DNA of 46,366 nucleotides from Chlamydiota bacterium (GCA_011064935.1 JAAKFT010000001.1:1-46366); one strand, 5' to 3'; counted from the stretch's first letter, positions 7,646 to 17,375 are shown. Program-made: numbers and translations. Notes: generated from the sequence alone by a model not told the origin.

Positions 7646-8113
7646 ATGAGCGCACAGAGTTGTTCAACAGAGTGCAATAGAGGGCTAGGCAAGGTAGGCC
7701 ACTTTTTAGGCCATTTTCTACTATTCGCGATTCGCCTCTACTGGGGATCCCTCTTTATTAAGGCGGGAATTATGAAGTTTTCTCAGCTAGGCAATATGGC
7801 TGAAATGTTCTCAAATGTCAGTATCCCTTTCCCCTACGTCGCAGTGATCATCGTGGCGATCTTTGAGATAGTAGGTGGGGTCTCCTGGATACTCGGGCTT
7901 TTCTCGAGGCTCTTTTCGATTCCGCTGATTATCCTCCTAGTCGTAGCCTATTTCACGGCTCATATCGACGCGTTAACCAGCATATTCACCAACCCATCGT
8001 TATTTACCTCGGATGTGCCGTTCCTCTTCTTGTATACGGCACTGGTGATCTTCTGCTTTGGCCCAGGAAAAATCTCTCTGGACTATCTGATTTGCCGCAA
8101 GTCGCCTAAATAA
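7646..8113 (+). CDS. DoxX family membrane protein (copy 2)
   Basis: 155 aa, a close paralogue of 7048..7497 with the same N-terminal SAQSCSTEC motif. Confidence 0.75.
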   Translation: MSAQSCSTECNRGLGKVGHFLGHFLLFAIRLYWGSLFIKAGIMKFSQLGNMAEMFSNVSIPFPYVAVIIVAIFEIVGGVSWILGLFSRLFSIPLIILLVVAYFTAHIDALTSIFTNPSLFTSDVPFLFLYTALVIFCFGPGKISLDYLICRKSPK

Positions 8114-8722
8114 TCAGACATGCATCTTTTTGGGAGTGGCTCCATTCTTTGCGGGTGGAGTCACTTTGTTTTTGGCTGGATTGATCAACTTGAAGGAATC
8201 GATAAACTTGGTGTAATCCTTGCTCGCAGCGTCTTCGTCTTTGTAAACACTGAACACCTGGTAAAGGGTGTTGTAGACTACGATCAATCTCCCCTGAAAA
8301 TAGACTTCGTCACTTTTGACGAGAAACTCTAGAGCTTTGAATCCATCAACTTCGGTCATCTGCATGCTTTGCACTTGAGAGCCTGGCAGCGCCGACAACA
8401 TGCCTCCAAAACCATCCTGAAGATTAACCTCGGGTTTTGACATATCCACGACTGAGGGATAGTTCCAGACAGAAATCACATAAACAACTGATTCACTGGG
8501 TTCGCTGAGAAAGGTATCATATCCGATTGAAAGGTCGGACTGAGGAATATCGATCTTCTGTTCCAGGTGGTCTGGAGTAGTGGGAAGTTCAACGGAAAAT
8601 CCACTCTCTGTAGAAGTAAACGTCTTCCATCCCTTCTGATTCTCCGCACCGTTGAGAGAGGTTGTGAGGACCAAAATGGAGGCCGCAGCACTTAGTAATA
8701 GCTTGGTGAAATTAGAGCGCAT
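8114..8722 (-). CDS. exported protein of unknown function
   Basis: 202 aa with an N-terminal signal-like segment MRSNFTKLLLSAAASILVLTTSLNGAENQ. I recognise no family motif. Confidence 0.6.
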   Translation of the reverse strand: MRSNFTKLLLSAAASILVLTTSLNGAENQKGWKTFTSTESGFSVELPTTPDHLEQKIDIPQSDLSIGYDTFLSEPSESVVYVISVWNYPSVVDMSKPEVNLQDGFGGMLSALPGSQVQSMQMTEVDGFKALEFLVKSDEVYFQGRLIVVYNTLYQVFSVYKDEDAASKDYTKFIDSFKLINPAKNKVTPPAKNGATPKKMHV

Positions 8723-8902
8723 AGTAATGCCTTTAGTTAACTTTCTTCGTTAATTACATTTTATAATTATTTCTTGTTTAGCGCTAACTATTTTGTTTAA
8801 AACAATAAACTAAAAGCTTAAAAGCTTATATTCAGAAGGTTGCAGGCTATTACTTGAAGTTATTGAAAATTTGATGTATGCTTTTCTTGAACAGTAGAAA
8901 AA

Positions 8903-9691
8903 GTGGTTAAAGTGGTTAAAAGCGAGATAGTTGGGATTATCCCTGCTCGATATAACAGTTCTCGGTTTCCGGGAAAGATGCTTCGCGACATACTCGGAAA
9001 GTCTCTTATTAGAAGGAGTTACGAGAACGCCTGTCGCGCCAAGCTTTTTGACGAGGTGATCGTTGCGACCGATGACAGCCGCATCTACGACCATGTGGTT
9101 GAATTTGGGGGAAGGGCGGTTATGAGCTCGTCTGAGTGTCGCAGCGGAACCGATCGAGTGGCAGAGGTGGTGCGAGTCTATGGCGTCGAAGCCGATATCG
9201 TGGTCAACATCCAGGGAGATGAGCCCTGCCTGCAGCCTGAGGTAATTCGGAAGCTTGTCGAAACATTGCAAGCTAATGAGAGCGCGGTGATAACGACACC
9301 GGTAGCCAGAATTGATGAGGGTAGAGATATTTTTGATCCTTCGGTAGTAAAGTGTGTCTTTGACAGCACTGGGAAAGCCCTTTACTTTAGCCGTTCACCG
9401 ATCCCCTTCCCAGGGAAAAACGACGAGACAACAGGCTATTTCCGCCATCTGGGGGTTTACTGTTTTAGAAGAGAGTTTCTGCTTAAAGTTGCAGAACTTG
9501 CGGAGACACCTCTGCAGAAGCGCGAAGATCTTGAGCAGTTGAAAGTATTAGAAAGTGGTTATCCGATCCATGTTTGTATTGTCGAAGATAGTGCGATAGG
9601 GGTCGATACGGTAGAAGATTTAAAGAGAGTTGAAGAGAGATTATGCCTAGAAAATACATCTTTATCACAGGGGGTGTCGTCTCTTCGTTAG
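8903..9691 (+). CDS. kdsB: 3-deoxy-manno-octulosonate cytidylyltransferase (CMP-KDO synthetase)
   Basis: IVGIIPARYNSSRFPGKML, VNIQGDEP and the overall KdsB pattern. GTG start (alternative GTG at 8912). Overlaps pyrG, as in Chlamydia. Confidence 0.9.
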   Translation: MVKVVKSEIVGIIPARYNSSRFPGKMLRDILGKSLIRRSYENACRAKLFDEVIVATDDSRIYDHVVEFGGRAVMSSSECRSGTDRVAEVVRVYGVEADIVVNIQGDEPCLQPEVIRKLVETLQANESAVITTPVARIDEGRDIFDPSVVKCVFDSTGKALYFSRSPIPFPGKNDETTGYFRHLGVYCFRREFLLKVAELAETPLQKREDLEQLKVLESGYPIHVCIVEDSAIGVDTVEDLKRVEERLCLENTSLSQGVSSLR

Positions 9692-11241
9692 GGAAGGGAT
9701 TGATGCTCGCTTCCATAGCCCTGCTTCTGGAGAAAAAAGGGTTTAAGATTGCTATGCTGAAACTGGATCCCTATCTCAATGTGGATCCAGGGACAATGAA
9801 TCCTTTTGAGCATGGTGAGGTCTATGTAACGGACGACGGTATTGAGACCGATCTTGACCTCGGCCACTACTACCGCTACACCCACGCCCCGCTATCGAGA
9901 GCTTCAACGGCCACATCGGGTCAGGTCTATGACACCGTGATCAAGCAGGAGAGGCGCGGAGATTATCTAGGCAAGACGGTTCAAGTGATCCCGCACATCA
10001 CCGAAGAGATCAAAAAACGGATCGTTCATTGTGGCGATCAGGCCGATGCCGAGGTGGTGTTGATTGAGATTGGAGGAACGGTCGGGGATATCGAATCGCT
10101 CCCCTTTCTAGAAGCAATCCGCCAATTTCGCTATGAGCGCCCCAATGACTGCCTCAATCTCCATCTCACCTATGTCCCCTATCTGAAAGCAGCTGGCGAG
10201 GTGAAGACCAAGCCGACGCAACATTCGGTGCAAACTCTCCGCAGCATTGGCATTATTCCGGATATGATTCTCTGTCGATCAGAAAGCGCTCTCGAACTAC
10301 CGCTGAAAAAGAAGATTAGCCTCTTTTGTAATGTGCCCACCGACTGTGTCTTTGATGCGGTCGACGTGGAGACTTCGATCTACGAGGTGCCGCTCAAAAT
10401 GCAGGCCCAGGGTATCGATAACCAGATCTGCGAAAAACTCGGCCTCGAAAAGCGTGTGGCGGACCTTTCGGAGTGGAAAAAGATCATCGAAAAGATCAAA
10501 AACCCCAAAGGGAGCGTCACGATCGGAATTGTGGGCAAGTACCTTCAGCACAAAGATGCCTACAAGTCTGTCTTTGAAGCGCTCACCCATGGGGCTGTGG
10601 CCGAAGGGTATACTCTGAACCTCAAAACCATCGAATCAGACAAGATCACCTCGGAAAAATGCCTTGAAGGGTGTGACGGCTTCCTCATTCCAGGAGGATT
10701 TGGAGAGCGGGGCTGGGAAGGGAAGATTTTAGCAGCGCGCTACTGCCGAGAGAACAAAATCCCCTTCTTTGGCATATGCCTTGGATTACAGGTGCTCATT
10801 GTTGAATTTGCCCGGAATGTCTTAGGACTCACCGAAGCCAATTCAACCGAGATTGAGTCTCAGACAAACGCACCAGTCATCTCGCTGCTCAGCGAACAGG
10901 AAGATGTCGAGGATCTCGGTGGGACGATGCGGCTCGGCGCCTACCCCTGCCTACTAAAAGAAGGGTCCAGGGTACATCAAGCCTACGGAACAACGACAAT
11001 CTCTGAACGCCACCGTCATCGCTACGAGATCAACAATAAATACAAAAAACTGGCAGAGGAGAAGGGGGTTACTTTTTCTGGGGTATTAGAGAACGGCAAT
11101 CTCTGTGAAATTGCAGAGATAGATGACCACCCCTGGATGATCGGTGTTCAATTTCATCCGGAGTTTAAATCTCGGCCTGTAGAACCCCATCCTCTCTTTC
11201 ACCAATTCATAACGGCGGCAATAGATGGGAAGAATAGCTAG
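9643..11241 (+). CDS. pyrG: CTP synthase
   Basis: MPRKYIFITGGVVSSLGKG N-terminus and GICLGLQ glutamine-amidotransferase motif; 532 aa. Confidence 0.97.
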   Translation: MPRKYIFITGGVVSSLGKGLMLASIALLLEKKGFKIAMLKLDPYLNVDPGTMNPFEHGEVYVTDDGIETDLDLGHYYRYTHAPLSRASTATSGQVYDTVIKQERRGDYLGKTVQVIPHITEEIKKRIVHCGDQADAEVVLIEIGGTVGDIESLPFLEAIRQFRYERPNDCLNLHLTYVPYLKAAGEVKTKPTQHSVQTLRSIGIIPDMILCRSESALELPLKKKISLFCNVPTDCVFDAVDVETSIYEVPLKMQAQGIDNQICEKLGLEKRVADLSEWKKIIEKIKNPKGSVTIGIVGKYLQHKDAYKSVFEALTHGAVAEGYTLNLKTIESDKITSEKCLEGCDGFLIPGGFGERGWEGKILAARYCRENKIPFFGICLGLQVLIVEFARNVLGLTEANSTEIESQTNAPVISLLSEQEDVEDLGGTMRLGAYPCLLKEGSRVHQAYGTTTISERHRHRYEINNKYKKLAEEKGVTFSGVLENGNLCEIAEIDDHPWMIGVQFHPEFKSRPVEPHPLFHQFITAAIDGKNS

Positions 11242-11656
11242 TATAGATTACGGGTTGAAGCGGATTGGCTTAGCCGTTTCGGATGAAGGCAAGATCATTG
11301 CCTCTTCGCAAAAAATGGTCTTGGCTGAGAGGAGCTCGGCGCTGACTATCAAGCGGGTGCTTGAAGCCCTCTCCTCCTTCGAGTTGGAAATGATTGTCGT
11401 GGGGCTCCCGCTCCACTTGAATGGGAAAACAGGGTTTTTAGCTGACGAAGTTCACAACTTTGTTGGGCTGCTCGAAAAAGTGGCCCCCTGTCCCGTCATC
11501 ACTTTCGACGAGAGATTCTCTACGGCTCAAGCTGAGAGAACGCTGCGCGAAGGCAACATGAGCCGAAAGAAACGGTCCAAGGTGATCGACTCACTCTCGG
11601 CCGTAATTGTGTTGCAGAATTACCTTGATTCCATCTCAGAAAAGAGCTATTTCTGA
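11225..11656 (+). CDS. ruvX: YqgF/RuvX-like putative pre-16S rRNA nuclease (Holliday junction resolvase-like)
   Basis: IASIDYGLKRIGLAVSD N-terminus, 143 aa, conserved position after pyrG. Confidence 0.85.
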   Translation: MGRIASIDYGLKRIGLAVSDEGKIIASSQKMVLAERSSALTIKRVLEALSSFELEMIVVGLPLHLNGKTGFLADEVHNFVGLLEKVAPCPVITFDERFSTAQAERTLREGNMSRKKRSKVIDSLSAVIVLQNYLDSISEKSYF

Positions 11657-11682
11657 CCTCTGAAAATATAAGGAATTTAGCT

Positions 11683-13224
11683 ATGGCAACACCTACTGAA
11701 TTGAACGGTGCAGTTAACCCCCTTTCTGAGGAGACCTACGGTGTCAAAGTCACTGACCCCTGCATCTTGGTGATCTTTGGAGCTACCGGTGATCTCACAG
11801 CCCGCAAGCTCTTTCCAGCTCTCTACAATCTCAAACTTGACGGACAGCTTCCTTCTCACTTTGGATGCGTAGGATTTGCCCGTCGACCCAAAAGCCACGA
11901 CGACTTCCGCGGAGAGATGCGTGAAGGGGTGAATAATTTTTCCCGCGTGAAACCGGTTGACGAGAACATCTGGAAGAGTTTTAGCGATCAGATCTTCTAT
12001 CACCAATCCAATTTTGATGACGACAAGGGCTACGAAGCGCTAAAGGCATTTCTGAAAGAGCTCGACCAAAAACTCGGCACAAAAGGCAATCGCGTTTTCT
12101 ATCTCTCCACGCCCCCGAAATTCTTCCCCACGATTATCGAAAAGCTAGGGCAGCACGGCTTGATCTACAAGAAAGGGAAAGAGTGGTCTCGTGTCATCAT
12201 CGAAAAACCTTTTGGCCACGACTACAGCTCAGCCATCGACTTGCAGCGCTTTGTGCGCGGCCATCTCGCCGAGGATCAGATCTATCGCATCGACCACTAT
12301 CTCGGGAAAGAGACCGTGCAAAACCTCTTGGTCTTCCGTTTTGCCAATGCGATCTTCGAATCCTTCTGGAACAACCACTACATCGACCATGTACAGATCA
12401 CCGTCGGGGAAGAGATTGGGATCGGTAGACGGGGCGCCTTTTTTGAAGAGGCGGGCATCCTGCGCGACGTGGTGCAGAACCACATGATGCAGCTTTTAGC
12501 ACTGGTAGCGATGGAGCCGCCCACCAACCTCTCTGCCGATGCGATTCGCGATGAAAAGGTTAAAGTATTACAAGCTCTCAGACCGGTCGATATGGCCAAC
12601 TTTTCCAACTACGTGGTCAGAGGCCAGTACGCCCCCGGCTTTATCGAGGGGGAAAATGTCATTGGTTATCGAGAAGAGCAGAACGTCAGCCCGGCCTCAT
12701 CGATCGAAACCTACGCCGCCTTCCAGCTCTTTATCGACAACTGGCGATGGGCAGGAGTCCCTTTCTATCTCCGTGCCGGCAAAAGACTGCCCAAAAGAGC
12801 GACTGAGATCGCCATTGTCTTCAAAGAGGTGCCAGGCATTCTCTTCTCACAAACTAGCAAGAGCAATGTTCTCGCCATCAGAATTCAACCCAACGAGGGT
12901 ATTTCTCTCAAGATCAACAGCAAAGTTCCCGGCACCGGCAGCCCTATTCAGCCGGTGAAGATGGACTTTAGCTATAGCTCCTACTTTGGCTTAGCTCCAC
13001 CCGAAGCATACGAGCGACTCATCTGTGACTGCATGCTCGGCGACGGCACACTCTTTGCCCGCGGTGACGAAGTGCTCGCCTCCTGGAAGCTCTTCACCCC
13101 TATCCTTGACCGGTGGAATGAGGGCGCCCCGGGCGATTTCCCTAATTACCCATCCGGCACATGGGGCCCCAAAGCTGCCGATGAGATGCTAGCCCGCGAT
13201 GAGCGTGCCTGGAGATTGATCTGA
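11683..13224 (+). CDS. zwf: glucose-6-phosphate 1-dehydrogenase
   Basis: VIFGATGDLTARKLFPALYNL NADP-binding motif and RIDHYLGKE active-site motif; 513 aa. Confidence 0.97.
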   Translation: MATPTELNGAVNPLSEETYGVKVTDPCILVIFGATGDLTARKLFPALYNLKLDGQLPSHFGCVGFARRPKSHDDFRGEMREGVNNFSRVKPVDENIWKSFSDQIFYHQSNFDDDKGYEALKAFLKELDQKLGTKGNRVFYLSTPPKFFPTIIEKLGQHGLIYKKGKEWSRVIIEKPFGHDYSSAIDLQRFVRGHLAEDQIYRIDHYLGKETVQNLLVFRFANAIFESFWNNHYIDHVQITVGEEIGIGRRGAFFEEAGILRDVVQNHMMQLLALVAMEPPTNLSADAIRDEKVKVLQALRPVDMANFSNYVVRGQYAPGFIEGENVIGYREEQNVSPASSIETYAAFQLFIDNWRWAGVPFYLRAGKRLPKRATEIAIVFKEVPGILFSQTSKSNVLAIRIQPNEGISLKINSKVPGTGSPIQPVKMDFSYSSYFGLAPPEAYERLICDCMLGDGTLFARGDEVLASWKLFTPILDRWNEGAPGDFPNYPSGTWGPKAADEMLARDERAWRLI

Positions 13225-14324
13225 TGGCTGCCGAGCAAAGACAGATTCAACTCATCAACCTCGACCAAGAGCTCGCCACACTTTGGGACAAAGAACAGGG
13301 ACAAAACAGGACACGAGCCTGTCTCTTTAATCTGGTTATCTATACCCAGAAAGCCCATCGCGATCAGTTTTACAAGGAGCTGATCAAATCTGTCATCAGC
13401 AAATACCCCTGTCGCGTTATCTGGATCACCAGCGACGACACCGCCAAGGAACCCTATCTCCGCTCCAGCGTCGCATCAGAAACGATCGGAGAAGGATCCC
13501 AACAGATCTTCTGCGAGATTATCCACATCGAAGTGGCAGGCAAACTCAGCGAGCGCGTGCCCTATATTATTCTTCCTCAGATTGTGCCAGACCTCCCCGT
13601 CTATCTTCTCTGGACTCAGGATCCCGCAACTGAAAATGCCATACTTCCTGCCCTTGAGCCTTTCGCCTACCGGATTATCTTTGACTCCGAGGCTTCCGTC
13701 GATCTGCAGGAGTTTAGCCACTCCGTTCTCAGTCTAATCAACCGATTTCACTGCGAAGTCGGCGACCTGAACTGGACCGCGCTATCGGGCTGGAGAAAGA
13801 CTGTCAGCTCAGTTTTCGATACTCCAAAAATGCTCGCCTACCTTTCTCAAAGTCGCCTGATTCAGATCACCTACAACAAAGTTGGCTCAAACCATTTTCA
13901 ACACAGTGAATTTGAGGCCGCCTATATGCAAGGATGGCTGGCCGCCCAACTCGGCTGGGAGTTCAAAAAGATTGAGAAGAGCGAAGGCAATCTCCGACTG
14001 ACCTATCGCACTCCCACACAAGAGATCGCCATCTTGCTCATTCCTCAAGAAGTTTCCACTCTGCCACCGGGGGCCATGCTCAACCTCGAAATTGAGTCTG
14101 CTCAGGACAAGGCCCACTTTGTCTTCCAACGCAAACCTGAGAGTCGTCAGATCTTTGTCCAATACTCCGATCAAAATCGCTGCGACCTTCCCTTCTACGC
14201 CTCCATTCCTGGTATGGCTGAAGGACAGGAGATTATCGAAGAGATCTTCTACCACCATCCAGGCACCCACTATCGCAACACCCTCGGGCTGCTTGCGACT
14301 ATCCCCTGGAAGGAGGCACTATGA
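13224..14324 (+). CDS. opcA: OpcA-like glucose-6-phosphate dehydrogenase assembly protein
   Basis: LATLWD...TRACLFNLVIY, DLPVYLLWTQDP, RIIFDS, GDLNWTALSGWRKTVSSVFD and GWLAAQLGW follow the cyanobacterial/actinobacterial OpcA pattern as I recall it. Its start overlaps the zwf stop (TGATG) and its stop overlaps the pgl start (ATGA). Confidence 0.7.
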   Translation: MAAEQRQIQLINLDQELATLWDKEQGQNRTRACLFNLVIYTQKAHRDQFYKELIKSVISKYPCRVIWITSDDTAKEPYLRSSVASETIGEGSQQIFCEIIHIEVAGKLSERVPYIILPQIVPDLPVYLLWTQDPATENAILPALEPFAYRIIFDSEASVDLQEFSHSVLSLINRFHCEVGDLNWTALSGWRKTVSSVFDTPKMLAYLSQSRLIQITYNKVGSNHFQHSEFEAAYMQGWLAAQLGWEFKKIEKSEGNLRLTYRTPTQEIAILLIPQEVSTLPPGAMLNLEIESAQDKAHFVFQRKPESRQIFVQYSDQNRCDLPFYASIPGMAEGQEIIEEIFYHHPGTHYRNTLGLLATIPWKEAL

Positions 14325-15052
14325 AAGAATATCCCATCGATGATAGGCGCACCCTCATTGTGCCCGGCGATCACGAAGAGACCCTGCGTTACTGCGTAGA
14401 CCACTGGATCTCCTGCGCCAATCAAGCCATTGCCAAACGCGGTTTTTTTGCCGTTGCTCTTTCAGGAGGCTCTACCCCAAAACTCATCTATAAGCGCCTC
14501 TCCTCGCAAGAAAATAGCTCCAAAGTCGACTGGTCCAAAGTCTTTCTTTTCTGGAGCGATGAGCGCAGTGTGTCACCCGAGAGCCCTGACAGCAACTACC
14601 ACATGGCCCTCGAGGAAGGCGGCCTTTCCAAACTCCCCATCCCCAAAGAGAATATCCACCGAATGGTGGCTGAAAAGGATATCGAGGAGAATGCTCGTGC
14701 TTACGAAACCCTTGTGGCCCAAAAACAGCCTCTGGACCTTGTGATGCTCGGCGTCGGAGAAGATGGCCACACCGCCTCCCTCTTTCCCCACACTGAGGCC
14801 CTAAATAGTCAGAAACGCCTCGTGGTGGCCAACCACGTCCCACAGAAGCAGACCTGGCGAATGAGCTTCACTTACGACTGCATCAACGCAGCCTCCCAGA
14901 TCTGCCTCTATGTTCTTGGTCCTGGAAAGGCCGATATCTTGGCCAAAGTTCTCACCTCCGCTTACGATCCCTCAACCTACCCCTCTCAGGGGGTGGGCAC
15001 AGCCGCCCACAAAGCCCTTTGGATTGCCGACTCAGAAGCATTCAAAATATAA
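14321..15052 (+). CDS. pgl: 6-phosphogluconolactonase
   Basis: FAVALSGGSTPKLIY, LFWSDERSV and LGVGEDGHTASLFP motifs. Confidence 0.93.
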   Translation: MKEYPIDDRRTLIVPGDHEETLRYCVDHWISCANQAIAKRGFFAVALSGGSTPKLIYKRLSSQENSSKVDWSKVFLFWSDERSVSPESPDSNYHMALEEGGLSKLPIPKENIHRMVAEKDIEENARAYETLVAQKQPLDLVMLGVGEDGHTASLFPHTEALNSQKRLVVANHVPQKQTWRMSFTYDCINAASQICLYVLGPGKADILAKVLTSAYDPSTYPSQGVGTAAHKALWIADSEAFKI

Positions 15053-15135
15053 TTTTGATTTAACTTTTTTATTGTTTCTATTTTAACAACAATTAGTTAC
15101 AATTTTAGACACCAACACATTAAATGTAGGGTTTT

Positions 15136-16671
15136 ATGCCATTTCGTATACCAGCAGATTGTGATCCACACGTTATATGGAGTATTTTTAGTCCCGGCAA
15201 ATCATTGCCTGCAGGAACTGGACGGTGGAGTAAATTACATCGCAAGGTAACGCTCTATTTTACCTTCTCATGGCAGCTAGAGCCGCAGCAACTGAGCGAC
15301 ATATTGGCTGCCAATTCGTCGTCAAACGAAGACCTTCGCTCCAAAAAGGCTGAGGTCTTAAAAGCTCAAAAGGCAAACCCACGATGGTTTGTGTCGAGCG
15401 ACCACTTCTTAGAAGCGGTAAAAAACGGGGATGCTAATGCACTTCGTTCGATGTTGCGTTTGAACCCGAGACTTATCAACACACAGGATGCATATGGTTC
15501 CACAGCGTTGATACGGGCTGTTTTTACGGGCCATGTGGCCTGCCTGCAGATGCTGCTCGCCAGCCCCGAGGTTGACGTGAACAAAACCAACGCGGACGGC
15601 AATACAGCGTTGATACAGGCTGTTATTAATGGCCATGTGGCCTGTCTGCAGATGCTGCTCGCCAGCCCCGAGGTTGACGTGAACATAATCGACGCGGACG
15701 GCTATACAGCATTGATGTGGGCCCTTATTAAGGGCCGTGAGGACCAGATGAAGATGCTCCTCGCTCACCCCAACATTGACGTGAACATAACCGACGCGGA
15801 CGGCGATACAGCATTGATGCTGACCCTTATTAAGGGCCGTGATGACCAGATGAAGATGCTCCTCGCTCACCCCAAAATTGACGTGAACAAAACCAACGCG
15901 GACGGCTATACAGCATTGATGCTGGCTACCATAAACGGCAATGAGGCCGTGGTGCGGATGCTGCTCACCCACTCCGATATTGATGTGAACATAACCGACG
16001 CGGACGGCAGAACAGCATTGATGATAGCTGATCATCATGGCGCCGTGGCCTGTAAACGCATGATTCTTGAGTATTATTGGGAGAGAGATATGGTCAGGGA
16101 CATAATAGCTCATAGTGCCAATATACGCGATATTATCACTCGTCAACAGATCTGCGAGAAGTTACTTTCAACAGATCTTTTTTCTAAGATGGAAGCTGCT
16201 GAAGCCACGCCATTCATTGGCCCCATGGCGCAGCAATTTGTTACATGGTTGGATGAAAGTAAGCATGATGAGATGGGAGATAACTGTAGCGAACATGATC
16301 TCTTTGGCAATACTCTTTTGATCTATGCGGCAGCAAAAAATCAAATAGATGTAGTTAAAATGCTACTTAATATGCAGCTTGAAGAAGAATCGGAAATCGA
16401 GATACCGCAAAAAAAACGGATTGATCTTCATCATACAAACATGTTGAAAGAATCGGCTATTCATGTTGCAGCAAAAGGAGGTCACACTGAGATCTGTTTT
16501 CTCCTTCTCAGAGAAAAAGAGCCGCAAGTAGGAGACCGTTATTATTACTGTAAGACCGCTTGCGAAGCCGCTATACTAGCCTCGGCCAACGGTCACGCCG
16601 ATCTCTTCACCAAGCTAATAGCAGTGGATCCCCTAATTGGATCCAAACTCCTGCAGATTAAACCCGAATAG
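15136..16671 (+). CDS. ankyrin-repeat protein (eukaryote-like effector candidate)
   Basis: 511 aa. Repeated units DADG.TALM.A...G....ML(L)AHP.IDVN (34-aa period) plus further ANK units near the C-terminus (GNTLLIYAAAKNQIDVVKMLL, ESAIHVAAKGGHTEICFLLL). Confidence 0.85.
   Translation: MPFRIPADCDPHVIWSIFSPGKSLPAGTGRWSKLHRKVTLYFTFSWQLEPQQLSDILAANSSSNEDLRSKKAEVLKAQKANPRWFVSSDHFLEAVKNGDANALRSMLRLNPRLINTQDAYGSTALIRAVFTGHVACLQMLLASPEVDVNKTNADGNTALIQAVINGHVACLQMLLASPEVDVNIIDADGYTALMWALIKGREDQMKMLLAHPNIDVNITDADGDTALMLTLIKGRDDQMKMLLAHPKIDVNKTNADGYTALMLATINGNEAVVRMLLTHSDIDVNITDADGRTALMIADHHGAVACKRMILEYYWERDMVRDIIAHSANIRDIITRQQICEKLLSTDLFSKMEAAEATPFIGPMAQQFVTWLDESKHDEMGDNCSEHDLFGNTLLIYAAAKNQIDVVKMLLNMQLEEESEIEIPQKKRIDLHHTNMLKESAIHVAAKGGHTEICFLLLREKEPQVGDRYYYCKTACEAAILASANGHADLFTKLIAVDPLIGSKLLQIKPE
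15529..16030. repeat. 102-bp in-frame tandem repeats encoding ankyrin units, with adjacent copies pairwise near-identical
   Basis: ggccatgtggcctgcctgcagatgctgctcgccagccccgaggttgacgtgaac recurs at 15529 and 15631. ggccgtga.gaccagatgaagatgctcctcgctcacccc recurs at 15733 and 15835. Confidence 0.9.
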
Positions 16672-16792
16672 GCACAATCTTGTGAGAAAGGCAATCCACA
16701 CAAGCTCCAGAAATATCCATTTTGATATCTTCGTCAATGCAGCACTTGAACGCTCATCTCTCAAACGAGGGATGAGGAAGCATGGGTGTAGC

Positions 16793-17219
16793 AAAGCCCT
16801 CTGGATTGCCGACTCAGAAGCAGCCGAACTTCTGTGCTCTTTGCTGAGAAAGATCGTTTTCCGGTCTTCTGGCCGGAGAAGGGGCTCTCTCTCGATAATG
16901 GAGCGATGATTGCTGGGCTCGGCTAACCACCACTATCTACTGCGAGGGAGTGACTCTCTCGATCTTCAAAAGCCCTGCCAAGGAACCCTCTGTGAGAAAA
17001 TTGCTGTTTCTGCTGCTGCCTTTGATGCTATTTGCAGCTTGTCAGAAAGCTCCCGAGAAAAAAAATGCTTTCCGACTGAATTTGGTCGATGACCCGGTCT
17101 CTTTGGATCCTAGAGTTGTGCGTAGCTTGAAGGATCTGACAGTGGTCAAACAGCTCTTCGACGGATTAATGCGGCTTGATGGGGCGACAAGGAGTTTCTT
17201 CATTTTAGGGCTTTTTTAG
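16793..17219 (+). pseudogene. mosaic of housekeeping-gene fragments: pgl 3' end, tsaD 3' end (frame broken) and oppA 5' end (truncated)
   Basis: 16793-16836 matches the pgl terminus (ALWIADSEAAELL). 16838-17183 is collinear with 18947-19287 (tsaD 3' end plus the first ~64 codons of oppA). It carries a 1-nt insertion that creates ggcTAAcc and then diverges to a stop at 17219. Confidence 0.8.
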
Positions 17220-17375
17220 CAACTTTTCTCTCTAGAGTTTTTCAACAACGTCGCGCAAATGTATAATTTTATTTTTAAGCGCACCCTGACCCTGTTCTTG
17301 CAGTTAAGCTATTCTTAATATAGTCTTAATATAATTATATTAATATTGATGTATTAATAACGCGTAATTATAACG

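Larger units (their letters stand above)
6981..8170. repeat. tandem segmental duplication (period 597 bp) holding two DoxX genes with their 5' leaders and 3' flanks
   Basis: 6981-7565 is collinear with 7578-8170, starting at ttaacaaaatcgcc...ggaggattttatATG and ending in ...gggagtggctccattctt. Confidence 0.85.

Noticed and set aside
8810-9271. 153-aa minus-strand ORF overlapping the kdsB start.
   Set aside because: It lies opposite the well-supported kdsB and has no motif. The divergent promoter region 8723-8902 already accounts for the spacer.
12183-12608. Several 76-98-aa ORFs on both strands inside zwf; similar sets lie inside tsaC (1378..1789), pgl (14430..14843) and gyrA/gyrB.
   Set aside because: They are alternative-frame ORFs nested in strongly supported housekeeping genes, as expected by chance at this GC content.
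15061-15135. The ANK gene leader contains tattttaaca and cacattaaat, reminiscent of the two-box motif upstream of the anchored effectors.
   Set aside because: The spacing (27 versus 15 nt) and the orientation relative to the gene differ. In AT-rich sequence this could easily be chance, so it is not counted as a third instance.
15409-16146. 245-aa minus-strand ORF rich in His/Val/Cys repeats.
   Set aside because: It is antisense to the ankyrin repeats, an artefact of the 102-bp periodicity, and matches no family.
16637-17219. ORFs 16637..16909, 16910..17092 and 16950..17219 as candidate new genes.
   Set aside because: They read through duplicated fragments of pgl, tsaD and oppA with broken frames. 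They are scars of recombination, not independent genes.
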